From Candidatus Latescibacterota bacterium (GTDB lineage Bacteria > Latescibacterota > UBA2968 > UBA8231), in assembly GCA_965203175.1 (NCBI GenBank), contig OZ241867.1, positions 5,184,001 through 5,248,000 of the forward strand: DNA of 64,000 bases, written 5' to 3'. Positions 54,659 to 64,000 of the stretch are shown here, piece by piece; the stretch's first letter is position 1, and every line of letters begins with the position of its first letter. The position numbers were made by a program, and so were the translations under genes. A model generated the notes under the pieces. That model was given only the letters and a program-made list of their open reading frames with translations. It made no database searches and was not told where the DNA came from.

Positions 54659-57295
54659 TTAGCGCAATCCGGCGAAGATGGTTACAAACGTGAGGAAATT
54701 GGTTTCATCGCCTTGTTGCAACGCCCGGCGTTGCCAGCGCACACCAACCTTGGTGGATAGTGCGTAGCCCTGATACTCAGAGTTATTAGTAAACTGAGTG
54801 GCCAAGGTTAGGGTAGTAAAATCCTCGACAAAGGCCGGAGGCAGTGGATCGGGCTCTTGTCGCAGATTCCTAAAGACTTCCCATTCAATCCCCGATTCCG
54901 AGATGAGCTGGCCGGGTATGAGATCGTACGTCCCGATTAAGAAGAAAATCTCCGACAGCTCATTGCGTTGCAGAGCCAAAGGATCTGTGGGGACTTGGCG
55001 GGCGTACTGCTGCTTCCACTTCGGCGAAATGGTGATTCCCGCGAACGGCTCGTAGTAGTACTCAGCTCTCAGTATGACACCTAAGAAACTCTCGTTGCGC
55101 TTTTCCTCGGACTGATTCTCGCGCTGAAAATAATGGTCCCATTTGACTTTACCAGACACGTTCAGCGGCTGCAGACGATGAATAGCGAAGTCGAGATACG
55201 AAGTGTTGATCATCGTATTCTGGGCTATCAGGCGGTCCTGCACATCCTGCAAACCCCCTGCCGAAAAGGGAGACTGGACCCACTGAATCAGCGCGTCGGG
55301 AATATCGTCGCGGGCAACGCGCAAAAATTCCATGAAGCGAAACTTAAAGCCGCGCAATGGCAGGTCTTCCTGCCAAGTAAAAAGCCCATAGCTCGTCTGG
55401 TTCCGCCGGGCACTACCGATCAACCACTCGCGTAGATGCCCGACCATGAGCTTAGAACCGGGCTGCATTTCAGCGCCCACATAGAAGTTGTAACCCCGGT
55501 GGTCGCGCTTGTAGGGATAATCGGGTTCGGTATCGTTTTCGAGGCGGTCTATGACGGTGTTGTTGTTCATGTCGGTGCCGAAGAGAAATTCGGGCGGATC
55601 GACATTGTAGCGCAGAAAGGGTTCGACGTAATCGGGCTGCAAATTGTCGTTCTGGTTAAAATCGTTGACCAAGTCGTTGTTCTCGTCGAGGCCGGGGAAC
55701 ACCTCGACATCCGCGGCGCGGGTCGTCTGCTGCCCCGGCACAAAACCGCCTCCGGTAACGCGCCGCCGCCAGTCGGGGAAGCGATCTTGGTCGTCGTTGT
55801 CATCGACAAACTCATAGGTGAAGTTGAGCTCATCTTCGTAGTCGATAAAACCGCGCTGATCGGGAATGACCATAGAGGTGCCGTAGTTCGGATCCATGGA
55901 AAAGGCCTCGCCATAGGCGAACCAAGGATAGGTCAAGCGCGAGGCAGTGACGTAAAAAGCCTCGGCGCGGTCGGACGCTAGTGCCTGCCTCTTGACGATA
56001 TTCTGATTGGGAAACTTGCGGTGGTGGCGATTGACGTTGAATTCGGAGCGAAGATTGAATCCGGCCAGCTCGGAAACTTCAAACGTAAAACCCATGATTT
56101 CGTTGGCCGTCGGCAGGCCGTACTGGAAGCGGACGACCTGCTGATTGGAGCCATCGCTGATATTGCCGTTGCTCCGCTTGACCGGCAGGAAGACCGTCTC
56201 TCCCGTGAAATTGGTCTGCATATTGGAGGTTACTTCTATGCGAAAATCATTGGCCACCACCAACTCGATATCGATCTTGCGGGCTTCTTTGAAATCGCTG
56301 ATTTGGTCCTTTACGCCCGGAACGAAATCGCGTTCGACATCGTAACTAAGCGTCAGCACATCGCCGCCGTTAGCTTCGAGCAGACCCTGGCGTCGCGTTC
56401 CTCCGTCAATCGAAGGTTTTATTTCCGGATGCTCGACATCGTCGATGAAGATCCGTTCGCGGAACAGCAGCGCTCCTCCGGTATTATCTTCGGGCGAATC
56501 GTCGCTGAGGCGGACGACGATGCGGCGGACATTCTCCGCATTCAAACGCCCGCCGAGAATGCCCTTGAGGGAATTCTCTTCGACGCTCAAGCGGCTATTC
56601 CCGTGGTTGGCATTGACGTACGTCAATCCGAGTGTGGCGAAATCGCCGACTTGGGCAACTCCACGCAATCCGTACAAATTGGTGAAGACCGTCTCTCTAG
56701 CTTCGGAGATTTCGCTGTCGAGGCGTTGGACGGCCGGATTGTCAATGCGCGAAGCAATGAAGGTCAAGGCGTATTTGTCGGACTGCATATCCCACTGGAT
56801 GCCGTCGAAGAGAGGCTTCGAGAAGGTCATCGGCGTAAGCGTGGTCCGCAGTTGTTCGCCCACGGTCAGTGCAGTGTAGAATTGCCCTTTGGAAGCAGAG
56901 GATATCAGGACGCGGTTGAACCAACTATTGAAGCGGGGGTTTTTGAAAATGCTGCTGCCAAAATCGAGCGGGTGCTCCTGGCGCCAGTCGTAGATGCGCC
57001 AACCACGGGTGATATAGTTGCCATACAGGTCGTAATAGCGATCTCCTTCCAAGAAGAGATTGACGTAGCGTTGGTAGTTGTCCCGGGCGTAGTTGGTATA
57101 CTCGTAGGTCTTCCAGCCATAGAGGTAAAGCAGCGTCTGGGGCACGTACCATTTCCGCATAACCGGACTTAGGGACTCAAAATCGACGGGCGTTCCGGTT
57201 GCTTTGTACGGATTGAAGAACCCGCTTTGCAAATCGGCCTTGAGTTCCAGTGGCAAGAGGGCGAGCAAGACAAAGGACCAAATGGCTTTATTCAT
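54659..57295 (-). CDS. large exported hypothetical protein, putative outer-membrane beta-barrel with Asp/Asn-rich Ca-binding loops ('type C')
   Basis: Signal peptide, many amphipathic beta strands ending FLTFVTIFAGLR, motifs DDNDDQD, DENNDLVND, DMNNNTVID. Confidence 0.6.
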   Translation of the reverse strand: MNKAIWSFVLLALLPLELKADLQSGFFNPYKATGTPVDFESLSPVMRKWYVPQTLLYLYGWKTYEYTNYARDNYQRYVNLFLEGDRYYDLYGNYITRGWRIYDWRQEHPLDFGSSIFKNPRFNSWFNRVLISSASKGQFYTALTVGEQLRTTLTPMTFSKPLFDGIQWDMQSDKYALTFIASRIDNPAVQRLDSEISEARETVFTNLYGLRGVAQVGDFATLGLTYVNANHGNSRLSVEENSLKGILGGRLNAENVRRIVVRLSDDSPEDNTGGALLFRERIFIDDVEHPEIKPSIDGGTRRQGLLEANGGDVLTLSYDVERDFVPGVKDQISDFKEARKIDIELVVANDFRIEVTSNMQTNFTGETVFLPVKRSNGNISDGSNQQVVRFQYGLPTANEIMGFTFEVSELAGFNLRSEFNVNRHHRKFPNQNIVKRQALASDRAEAFYVTASRLTYPWFAYGEAFSMDPNYGTSMVIPDQRGFIDYEDELNFTYEFVDDNDDQDRFPDWRRRVTGGGFVPGQQTTRAADVEVFPGLDENNDLVNDFNQNDNLQPDYVEPFLRYNVDPPEFLFGTDMNNNTVIDRLENDTEPDYPYKRDHRGYNFYVGAEMQPGSKLMVGHLREWLIGSARRNQTSYGLFTWQEDLPLRGFKFRFMEFLRVARDDIPDALIQWVQSPFSAGGLQDVQDRLIAQNTMINTSYLDFAIHRLQPLNVSGKVKWDHYFQRENQSEEKRNESFLGVILRAEYYYEPFAGITISPKWKQQYARQVPTDPLALQRNELSEIFFLIGTYDLIPGQLISESGIEWEVFRNLRQEPDPLPPAFVEDFTTLTLATQFTNNSEYQGYALSTKVGVRWQRRALQQGDETNFLTFVTIFAGLR

Positions 57296-57340
57296 CGCGC
57301 TAGTTTCCCATCTCGATAGTGGCTCCGCATTGCGGCCCGA

Positions 57341-59668
57341 CTAATAGACCACATGGACGATGCGCTGTCGCCGCTCCGTTCTAGTATCGGTCTCTACCTT
57401 GGCATCCAAAATGTAGATACCAGGAGGCAACAATAAATCATTCTCATCCCGACCATCCCACACATAGTGCGTCTGGTCCACCTGTTCCGTGCTAGCAACC
57501 AGAGCGCCACTTAGATCGTAAATATCGACCTGGGGTTGAGCAGTGGTTTTTACCACCAGCAAGCGTAGCTGTAGTCTGTCGTTGATGCCGTCTCCGTTGG
57601 GCGTGACAATCGCCGGAGTCAACTCCAAGGCGCGGATGATGTGGTCCTCTTGGGCGATCTCGGGCACGAACACCGTCAAAGCCCCCTGGTCTTCCGGCTG
57701 GATCCCCTGACGGATATCGGGCTGCGTCGTAGAGCTTACCCAAGCGTCAAAAGCAGCGGCATCAGCCAACAGGCGCAGCGGCAAGTTGACTTCGATGCTG
57801 TCCCCGCGGACCTGTTCGGGCAAGTCGATTACAACCGAATCTCCTTCGGCCTCCACCTGCAACGGTTCAACCCGGCGATCCCCTATCCGCAATTGGACCT
57901 TACCTTCGAGGGGATTCGGCAAATCGAATAAGAGGCGGTTGAAACCCCGATCGGTCGGCCTAGTGCGACCTCCGAGGCGGAAGGTAAAAACCGTCAGCGA
58001 ATCGAGGGCTGCTTCACGTGGGGAGACGCTGGCGAAAACCCCGCCGCCGATGAGCGGATCGTCGAAGTCGAGGGCAATCTCGCGCAGCGTCGGTGCCACC
58101 TCGGGATCTTCGGTCTGCAGGCGCATCTCCATTTGGACGAACTTTCTCGGTGTGGGCGAGCGGAAGACTTCCCCTGACTCCTTGTAGGCCGAACTCCACG
58201 CACTCCAGTCAGCACCGGCTTTCGCCACTTTTACTTCGGGCAATTTCTGGCTAGCCGGCAGTTTGTTCCAGCGTCCTTGGGGAATTTCGCGCCCGTTCTT
58301 GTCGTAATAGAATATCTCTTCGTCTAGCGTATTGCCGGTGCGCGTGCGAATTTCTATGCGCGTCTCGGCGGTTGTCTCCGCCTCCCAGCGCATTCGGCGC
58401 AGGCTTTTGGCTCCTACCAGATCGATGAAATTCGAGGTCATCACCACCTCGGCCGGATGGCCCGCGCCGTAGAGGAAAATCTCGAACAAATGGAAGACGG
58501 TTTGCCTGTTGAGGGGAGCTTCGTGATGATAGAACAGATAGCGCACCTTGCGGGCGGGAAAGCGGAAATCAAAATTGCGGTTTCTCGTGCCCGCACTGCT
58601 CAACGTTTCATTATTGACGAAGCTAAGCAACTGGTAATCGACGGGACTCTGAAGCCGCTCTTCCCCTTGCGTGGGGATCGGCGTACCGTCCGAGGTCAAC
58701 AGTTCAAAACTGGACTGATTCCTGTACGCATTCACCCCTAGGGTGGCAAATCCCGGCGGCGGCTCCACCATCGTTAGCTGGTCAATCCAGAAGGTGGCTC
58801 CCAAATCCCATTCAAACCAATCGCCTTTATCGCGCCAGTCGAGGTCGCCCCGCGAGGTCAGGGTCCACCACGTGGCTGCGGTTCCGTCCATGATATTGGC
58901 GATGGTACGCGGATCGCGCCCAGTCCGTACGACGCCTCCTCGCTCGATGGTCCCCGGAGCAATATTGTCGCCTATGGCCTCGACCTCGACGGCTGCCAGC
59001 GCCGCATCCAGACTCTTGGCGTGGGCGACGACGCGGACGTACTGGATGGACATATACTCCAAGGTATCGCTGGTCGCCAAATGCTCGCCGGTAGCGTTGC
59101 CCAATTCCGGCGTCGCAAGGTCGTATTCTATCACCGTCTCCCAGCTAGGCTGGGTCGTGCCGCCCACCCGGTCGTAGCGGAAAACGTCCTGGCCAGTGAG
59201 GAAGGGCGTTCCTTCGGTGACGAAAACGGAAAACTCCCGCAGCGGTCGCGCCCCCTCGATATCGGGAAAGGTCAGCCGTATCTTTTTCGCTTGGACAAGA
59301 CGGCCTAAATCGATCTCGACCCACCAATCGTCGAGTGGGGCCTCTTGGCTGGGTTGCCACCAAGTGGCAGCCGCGCCATCGAGGATATGGGCGGCTTGGT
59401 CAATGTGGGTGCCCGCACCGCGAATCCCTCCCTGCACCTCTTTCCCCTTGGCGTTGAGATGGAAGAATTCGGCCGCGTTGGCAACGGCGTCTATATTGCG
59501 CCGAAAGCGTCTCAGGGCCACGCTGCCGTCTGTTGCCAATGACAACACTCCTTGCGGGAAAGTCCATTGCTGCCACTGCTCTCGGCTATTTATGAGCAGC
59601 GTTCCGGCGCTTGTTTCCCCGAGTGGGAAAAACACCAACAGTGTTAGCAAATATATCCGTCGCAACAT
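57341..59668 (-). CDS. secreted discoidin-like/FlgD-Ig C-terminal domain protein ('type B')
   Basis: ATG at 59668 after GAGG. Signal peptide, ILDG..ATWW...WVEIDLG, VTPNGDGIND...IYDLSG..WDGRD..PPGIY...VHVVY*. Confidence 0.75.
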   Translation of the reverse strand: MLRRIYLLTLLVFFPLGETSAGTLLINSREQWQQWTFPQGVLSLATDGSVALRRFRRNIDAVANAAEFFHLNAKGKEVQGGIRGAGTHIDQAAHILDGAAATWWQPSQEAPLDDWWVEIDLGRLVQAKKIRLTFPDIEGARPLREFSVFVTEGTPFLTGQDVFRYDRVGGTTQPSWETVIEYDLATPELGNATGEHLATSDTLEYMSIQYVRVVAHAKSLDAALAAVEVEAIGDNIAPGTIERGGVVRTGRDPRTIANIMDGTAATWWTLTSRGDLDWRDKGDWFEWDLGATFWIDQLTMVEPPPGFATLGVNAYRNQSSFELLTSDGTPIPTQGEERLQSPVDYQLLSFVNNETLSSAGTRNRNFDFRFPARKVRYLFYHHEAPLNRQTVFHLFEIFLYGAGHPAEVVMTSNFIDLVGAKSLRRMRWEAETTAETRIEIRTRTGNTLDEEIFYYDKNGREIPQGRWNKLPASQKLPEVKVAKAGADWSAWSSAYKESGEVFRSPTPRKFVQMEMRLQTEDPEVAPTLREIALDFDDPLIGGGVFASVSPREAALDSLTVFTFRLGGRTRPTDRGFNRLLFDLPNPLEGKVQLRIGDRRVEPLQVEAEGDSVVIDLPEQVRGDSIEVNLPLRLLADAAAFDAWVSSTTQPDIRQGIQPEDQGALTVFVPEIAQEDHIIRALELTPAIVTPNGDGINDRLQLRLLVVKTTAQPQVDIYDLSGALVASTEQVDQTHYVWDGRDENDLLLPPGIYILDAKVETDTRTERRQRIVHVVY

Positions 59669-59682
59669 GCTATCCTCGGATA

Positions 59683-61695
59683 TCAATATGCTACCGAGAC
59701 CGAATGAAATTGCTCTGATACTTCTTTGTCCGCATCTACCTTTATATGCAAAAAGTAAATGCCCGGAGGGACCAGCCCCCCTTGGTCGTCGCGCCCGTCC
59801 CATTGCTCAGTGTAAAAACCCTTGTTCAATTTCCCGCGCACCAAGGTTCTGATCTGCTGACCTGCAAGGGTATAGACACCGATCTCAGTGGCGATATTCT
59901 CCACGCCCAATAGCGAGAACGCGATGTCGAGTTCGTCGTTGATGCGGTCGCCATTGGGAGTCAGGACCGACGGTGCCAACGCAATCTCGGACAGCGCTTC
60001 TATGGAGGTTCCCGTGGCGAAAACGCGGATGTCGTCGCTATTGAGATCCGCACTCGCGTCGCCAGGGTCAATCGACTGGGGCAGATTTTCCCCCTCCAGT
60101 TCCAACACCTCGCCGAGGAAGTAGGTAGTAAAATCCAACAAGGCCGTGCGAAAGGTCAGCCGCAGATGCTCCTCGCCATCGGCGCGCACTACTTTATGCG
60201 AGGGAAAATACACGGCTAAAACCCCATCGGCGAAGCGGACGCTGTCGGGGACTACCTCCTCCAGTGGCTGGCCGATTTCCAGCTTGACGAGCTCGGCCTC
60301 AGCTACAGTATTGAGTTTGATCGCATCAAAGCCTAGCTGGCCGTCGGAGCCGAAGCTAGCCAAAAGGTCGTAAATGAATATCGTGTCCTGACCAACCGGC
60401 GCTTCGGGCACCCGACTTCCCCCCCCGGCCAACCCCACCTCGCCGACGAGGGACTCCACGAGGAGCGGCGAGTACTCAATCGCCACGGATTTCACCCGAC
60501 CAAAAATGTGGAAATCCTCAGCTGCCATGTTGAACTGAAGCTGCATATAACGCCGCGCATCCGGCGAGCGGAGCAATTGGCCGGAAAGGTCGTAGGGCGT
60601 TGACCAGAAACTCCAGTTTTGCTCGTCGAGCTTAATCGACGACTTGTCGCCGGGGCGGTCTCCCCGGACAAAGGGCGATTTCTCCAACGCCTTGTTGTAA
60701 ACCGCTTCATCTACTTGCCGTTCCGTACCTATGTCGCTGATGATGTAATACGCCTTCGGAGTATCGTCCTTGCCGGTGCGCGTTTCCAGCACCAAGTTGA
60801 TCGGTGCGTCCGGAGACGAGATGGGTTCTGGTTCGCCCGGCGTTTTGCGAAACTTTTCGAACTCCCAGAAAATGCGCCCGAAATTCACCGGCGCTCCCAA
60901 GTCGATAACCGCTGTGCGATAACTAGTCTCCGGCGCAAAACCCTCGCCGTACACCTCAATCTCGCTCAGCATGTACACCTGTGCGATCAGATTGAAGGCA
61001 ATGCGCAAAAAACGCAGAGTCTGCGCGGGAAAGCGGACATCTATAACGCGGTCGGAGTTGACGAAGGTGCGGGACAATACCTGTTCTAATGTGTGAGGTC
61101 TGTCCTCTTCGCTGAGCAGGAGAAAATCCACTGGTTCGCTGGCACCCGATATTTCATACGCCCGGGGGAAGCGCTGCTTTCTCAAGCCCCCGCCTTCGTC
61201 CAGTCCGGTAGCTGGAGGATAGAATACCACGCGGTTTATGGGAATGGGAAACGCAAAATCGAAAGTATATATATCTTCCCGGCGACCCCCACCCACTACA
61301 GACCAGCGCAGCTTGGTCACTGTAGCGAGGTCGCCATCGATGACCTGAAAGGGTGCCGTGTGGTATAGAGGCAAGATACTAGTCCAGAAACGAGGCGTTA
61401 CCCCCAGTTCAAAATCGTCCCTTTTGGGCTGTTTGCCTAGCTGCCAAGTGCTGCCCAAAATCGTGGTATATTCACCACTCTCCGTGCGAGGCCCCGCGAT
61501 GATATTCTGCTGCGGCAAGAGTTCAAGGGGCTGCAGAGCACCATTGACCGGGACCGTCTCCAAGCCGACGACTCGCTCACCTAGTTCGTCCCATGGGATC
61601 CCACCCTGTCCGAGAACCAAGGTGTGGGTCTCGGACCACAGCGGCTCAACGCCGCTCAACAACACCGCAGCAACGGCAATGAAAGTAATCTTCAT
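59683..61695 (-). CDS. secreted FlgD-Ig C-terminal domain protein ('type A')
   Basis: Signal peptide MKITFIAVAAVLL, ALQPLEL, IDGD, NWSFWS, LTPNGDRIND...WDGRD..PPGIY...VSVAY*. Confidence 0.75.
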   Translation of the reverse strand: MKITFIAVAAVLLSGVEPLWSETHTLVLGQGGIPWDELGERVVGLETVPVNGALQPLELLPQQNIIAGPRTESGEYTTILGSTWQLGKQPKRDDFELGVTPRFWTSILPLYHTAPFQVIDGDLATVTKLRWSVVGGGRREDIYTFDFAFPIPINRVVFYPPATGLDEGGGLRKQRFPRAYEISGASEPVDFLLLSEEDRPHTLEQVLSRTFVNSDRVIDVRFPAQTLRFLRIAFNLIAQVYMLSEIEVYGEGFAPETSYRTAVIDLGAPVNFGRIFWEFEKFRKTPGEPEPISSPDAPINLVLETRTGKDDTPKAYYIISDIGTERQVDEAVYNKALEKSPFVRGDRPGDKSSIKLDEQNWSFWSTPYDLSGQLLRSPDARRYMQLQFNMAAEDFHIFGRVKSVAIEYSPLLVESLVGEVGLAGGGSRVPEAPVGQDTIFIYDLLASFGSDGQLGFDAIKLNTVAEAELVKLEIGQPLEEVVPDSVRFADGVLAVYFPSHKVVRADGEEHLRLTFRTALLDFTTYFLGEVLELEGENLPQSIDPGDASADLNSDDIRVFATGTSIEALSEIALAPSVLTPNGDRINDELDIAFSLLGVENIATEIGVYTLAGQQIRTLVRGKLNKGFYTEQWDGRDDQGGLVPPGIYFLHIKVDADKEVSEQFHSVSVAY

Positions 61696-61920
61696 TCGTC
61701 CGAATTCTGGGTTACAATCCCCGCACTTTAGACGGGTCCCCTGTCTCGCTGAATCAACAAATGAGTGGCTTATGTTGAGATGTAGGTGACAGAAGATACG
61801 GCAGAACAACGGCGATACAAACCCCTCGCCGCTGGACGAGAAACCGCTTGGCACTGTTGCCCTTCTGCCCTAGAATTAAAATTTTCGCCAATGTCCGACG
61901 TAGATTAGCGATAACGCGAT

Positions 61921-63477
61921 ATGACCAACGCCACGCACTCCTTACTGCTTCCCAACCAAGTCGACGAGGCCCTCGCCGCGCACTTTGCCGCGCTCGGCGT
62001 CGGCACAATCGCCGCCTACAAGCTCTGGTGCCATCGGCACGGCCTGAGCACAGCGTTAGAGAAGACGCCGCAAGAGCGGTCTGAGGAACGAGCGCTTTTC
62101 GCCGCGTTACAGCCCTCGGTAGATCCAGCAGCCAGCAAAGGGCACGATCCGCGCCGCGCCGCACTAATCGACCGGCTTTTCAACGGCGAGTTGGAGAACG
62201 AAAAGCTCAACGACCTGCTCTCGCGGCTGCGCATCGAACGCAATGCGCTAGCCAGCGACCCAGACGCCCAAAAGGCCCTGGGACGGCTGGTGCTGCACGT
62301 CGAAAAATACGGCCACTTGTTGCGGCCCATGCCCGTACTCAAGCGCCTCGGTGCCAACCGCGCCAACACCTACATCGCCGCCCTCGGGCAGCTCGCACGG
62401 CACCACCGCGACTGGCTGCGTCCGGTAGAGGCGTGGCGGCCCGATACGGCCAAGGAGCGGCTGCAGTTCCAGTCGCTGGCACGACACCTGCTTGCCCGCT
62501 ACGAGGTCCCCGCGCCCATGGACACCGCTTGGCTCCAAGGGCATACCGCGGAAGCCTACCAACAACAAGAATGGTTCAAGCACGTAGCTGGCGGTCAAAA
62601 CCTGCGCACTGCGGGTGTGCCCATGAAAGTCACCAAGCGCATGGCCCATATCTTCATGCAGATGAACCATCCACACCATACCCTGCTTCAGGCGCTGCGC
62701 ATGGCCCAGGTGGAAGCACTCGACGGCGATTCCCACGTCTCTTGGTACGTGGCCGCCACGCCGCTGGGCGACTCGTTGGAAAACGAGGACTTCTGGATCT
62801 CAGTCGTCCACTTTTATGTCAACAACTACCCCATGCTACACCGCACCTACTTCCTGCCGGTCTACGACTTCATCCGTCACCAGAAGTACCTGCCCCAGCA
62901 GATTGCGCAGCCCGACGGCACCCAAATCACCGGACCGCCGCCGCAACCCAACTTCTGCATGAAGGGCCGCAGCGCCGCCAAGCTGCTCAACCAAGTGGAT
63001 CAATGGCACGAGACGTTGTCGGGAGAAGAAGACGTGCCGCTCAAGACATGGGCGGCTACGGGCTTGGCAGGTTTTCGTCTCGAAGAATACGACGCGCAAC
63101 TCAAGTGCAACCTCGTCTGGACTATCTACGAACTCTGCACCTCGCAGCAGCTCCAAGCCGAGGGCCGAATCATGGGCCACTGTGTCTTTTCTTACACCGA
63201 CCAGTGCCTTGCTGGCGACACTTCGATCTGGTCGCTGCGGGCGCTCAACGCCGACGCCGAAGAGGCCCTCGAAAAGCGCGTCCTCACCATCGCCGTTGAC
63301 AATCGCCAGCGGGCCGTCACCCAAGCCCGAGGCAAATTCAACATGGCGCTCAATCAGCGGGAACGGCTAGAAAAGAGGCGTCGGGCGGGATCCTTATACG
63401 TGCATTTGTTGCGCGAGTCAGCGCGGATTTTGCGCTTGTGGAACAATAAGGTGGGATTGGTGCAGAAGGGGACGTAG
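61921..63477 (+). CDS. PcfJ domain-containing protein
   Basis: C-terminal WTIYEL.T...L..EG..MGHCV.SY...C..G..SIWSL...LTI.V....QARGK.N. Confidence 0.75.
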   Translation: MTNATHSLLLPNQVDEALAAHFAALGVGTIAAYKLWCHRHGLSTALEKTPQERSEERALFAALQPSVDPAASKGHDPRRAALIDRLFNGELENEKLNDLLSRLRIERNALASDPDAQKALGRLVLHVEKYGHLLRPMPVLKRLGANRANTYIAALGQLARHHRDWLRPVEAWRPDTAKERLQFQSLARHLLARYEVPAPMDTAWLQGHTAEAYQQQEWFKHVAGGQNLRTAGVPMKVTKRMAHIFMQMNHPHHTLLQALRMAQVEALDGDSHVSWYVAATPLGDSLENEDFWISVVHFYVNNYPMLHRTYFLPVYDFIRHQKYLPQQIAQPDGTQITGPPPQPNFCMKGRSAAKLLNQVDQWHETLSGEEDVPLKTWAATGLAGFRLEEYDAQLKCNLVWTIYELCTSQQLQAEGRIMGHCVFSYTDQCLAGDTSIWSLRALNADAEEALEKRVLTIAVDNRQRAVTQARGKFNMALNQRERLEKRRRAGSLYVHLLRESARILRLWNNKVGLVQKGT

Positions 63478-63507
63478 GGGCGGTGCGGAGCGCAAGCCGT
63501 CCCTACG
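63473..63507. repeat. GTAG-type REP-like palindrome between convergent genes
   Basis: CGTAGGGGCGG ... CCGTCCCTACG (1 mismatch) enclosing TGCG-GAG-CGCA. Confidence 0.55.
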
Positions 63508-63519
63508 AACGAGGCGCGA

Positions 63520-63999
63520 TTAATGAGTGCCTATTGAAAGCAGCGATTTGATCTGTCCCCACGAGGTCTTGGCCACAGCCGTCGGCTCCCCGCTGGTATA
63601 AGACGCGATGTCCATCACGTAAATCTCAGCGTTGCCGTCGCGGTCGGAGGTGAAGGCGATGGAACGACCGTCCGGAGACCACGAAGGAGACCCATCCGAG
63701 CCATTGTGATAGGTCAGGCGACGCACGTTGCCTCCATTCGCATCCATTACGTAAATCTCAGAGTCACCGGCGCGGTCGGAGGTAAAAGCGATGGTCTGGC
63801 CATCTGGAGACCACGAAGGAGACCCGTCATAGCTACTGGCATCGGTCAGGTTGCGTCGGTTTTTTCCATTCGCATCCATCACGTAAATATCATGGTCATG
63901 GTGAGAATGAAAGGCGATGGAGCGACCATTCGGAGACCACGAAGGATCTAGGTCTTGGCCCCAGCCGCCGCTCAGATTCCGCAGGTTTTCCCCAGACAA
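63520..63999 (-). CDS. TolB-like PD40-repeat protein, C-terminal part (5' truncated), ending in TAVAKTSWGQIKS tag
   Basis: Three PSWSP(D/N)G..IAF.S.....IYVMD repeats. Confidence 0.88.
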   Translation of the reverse strand: MSGENLRNLSGGWGQDLDPSWSPNGRSIAFHSHHDHDIYVMDANGKNRRNLTDASSYDGSPSWSPDGQTIAFTSDRAGDSEIYVMDANGGNVRRLTYHNGSDGSPSWSPDGRSIAFTSDRDGNAEIYVMDIASYTSGEPTAVAKTSWGQIKSLLSIGTH

Positions 64000-64000
64000 A

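Noticed and set aside
43529-61695. Flagellar hook-capping (flgD) or gliding-motility annotation for the CTD proteins
   Set aside because: Only the Ig-like tail resembles FlgD/CHU_C. No flagellar or gld genes are in the window.

Overview
64 kb of a GC-rich diderm bacterial chromosome with no rRNA or CRISPR array. Family calls come from motif recognition only; no database searches were run. The gene content suggests an FCB-group heterotroph, for example Latescibacterota or Gemmatimonadota-like (inference). Most genes are catabolic: 3 Cys-type sulfatases, 3 enolase-superfamily enzymes, 2 Gfo/Idh/MocA oxidoreductases, 2 PhyH dioxygenases, an RraA-like aldolase, a GH5, 2 GH32/43-like propellers, and SSS and MFS transporters. 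Small accessory patches are interspersed: an ABC-type ATPase plus TOPRIM-like pair, a DUF4160/DUF2442 pair split by an intact IS3, an internally deleted hsdR, an AlbA_2 protein and two VapBC pairs. There is also a TonB receptor/DUF4856 operon and tRNA-Val(TAC). The best candidate for an undescribed system is the operon at 53248-61695. It encodes two secreted proteins with a TPNGDxIND...VxY C-terminal domain, a large putative Ca-binding outer-membrane beta-barrel and a TPR lipoprotein. Full-length paralogues of both secreted components occur at 43529-45826 and 49468-51432. Other notable items are a short TAVxxxSWGxIKS C-terminal tag on two unrelated proteins and a 7-repeat FDGRY propeller inserted into a LamG-like domain.
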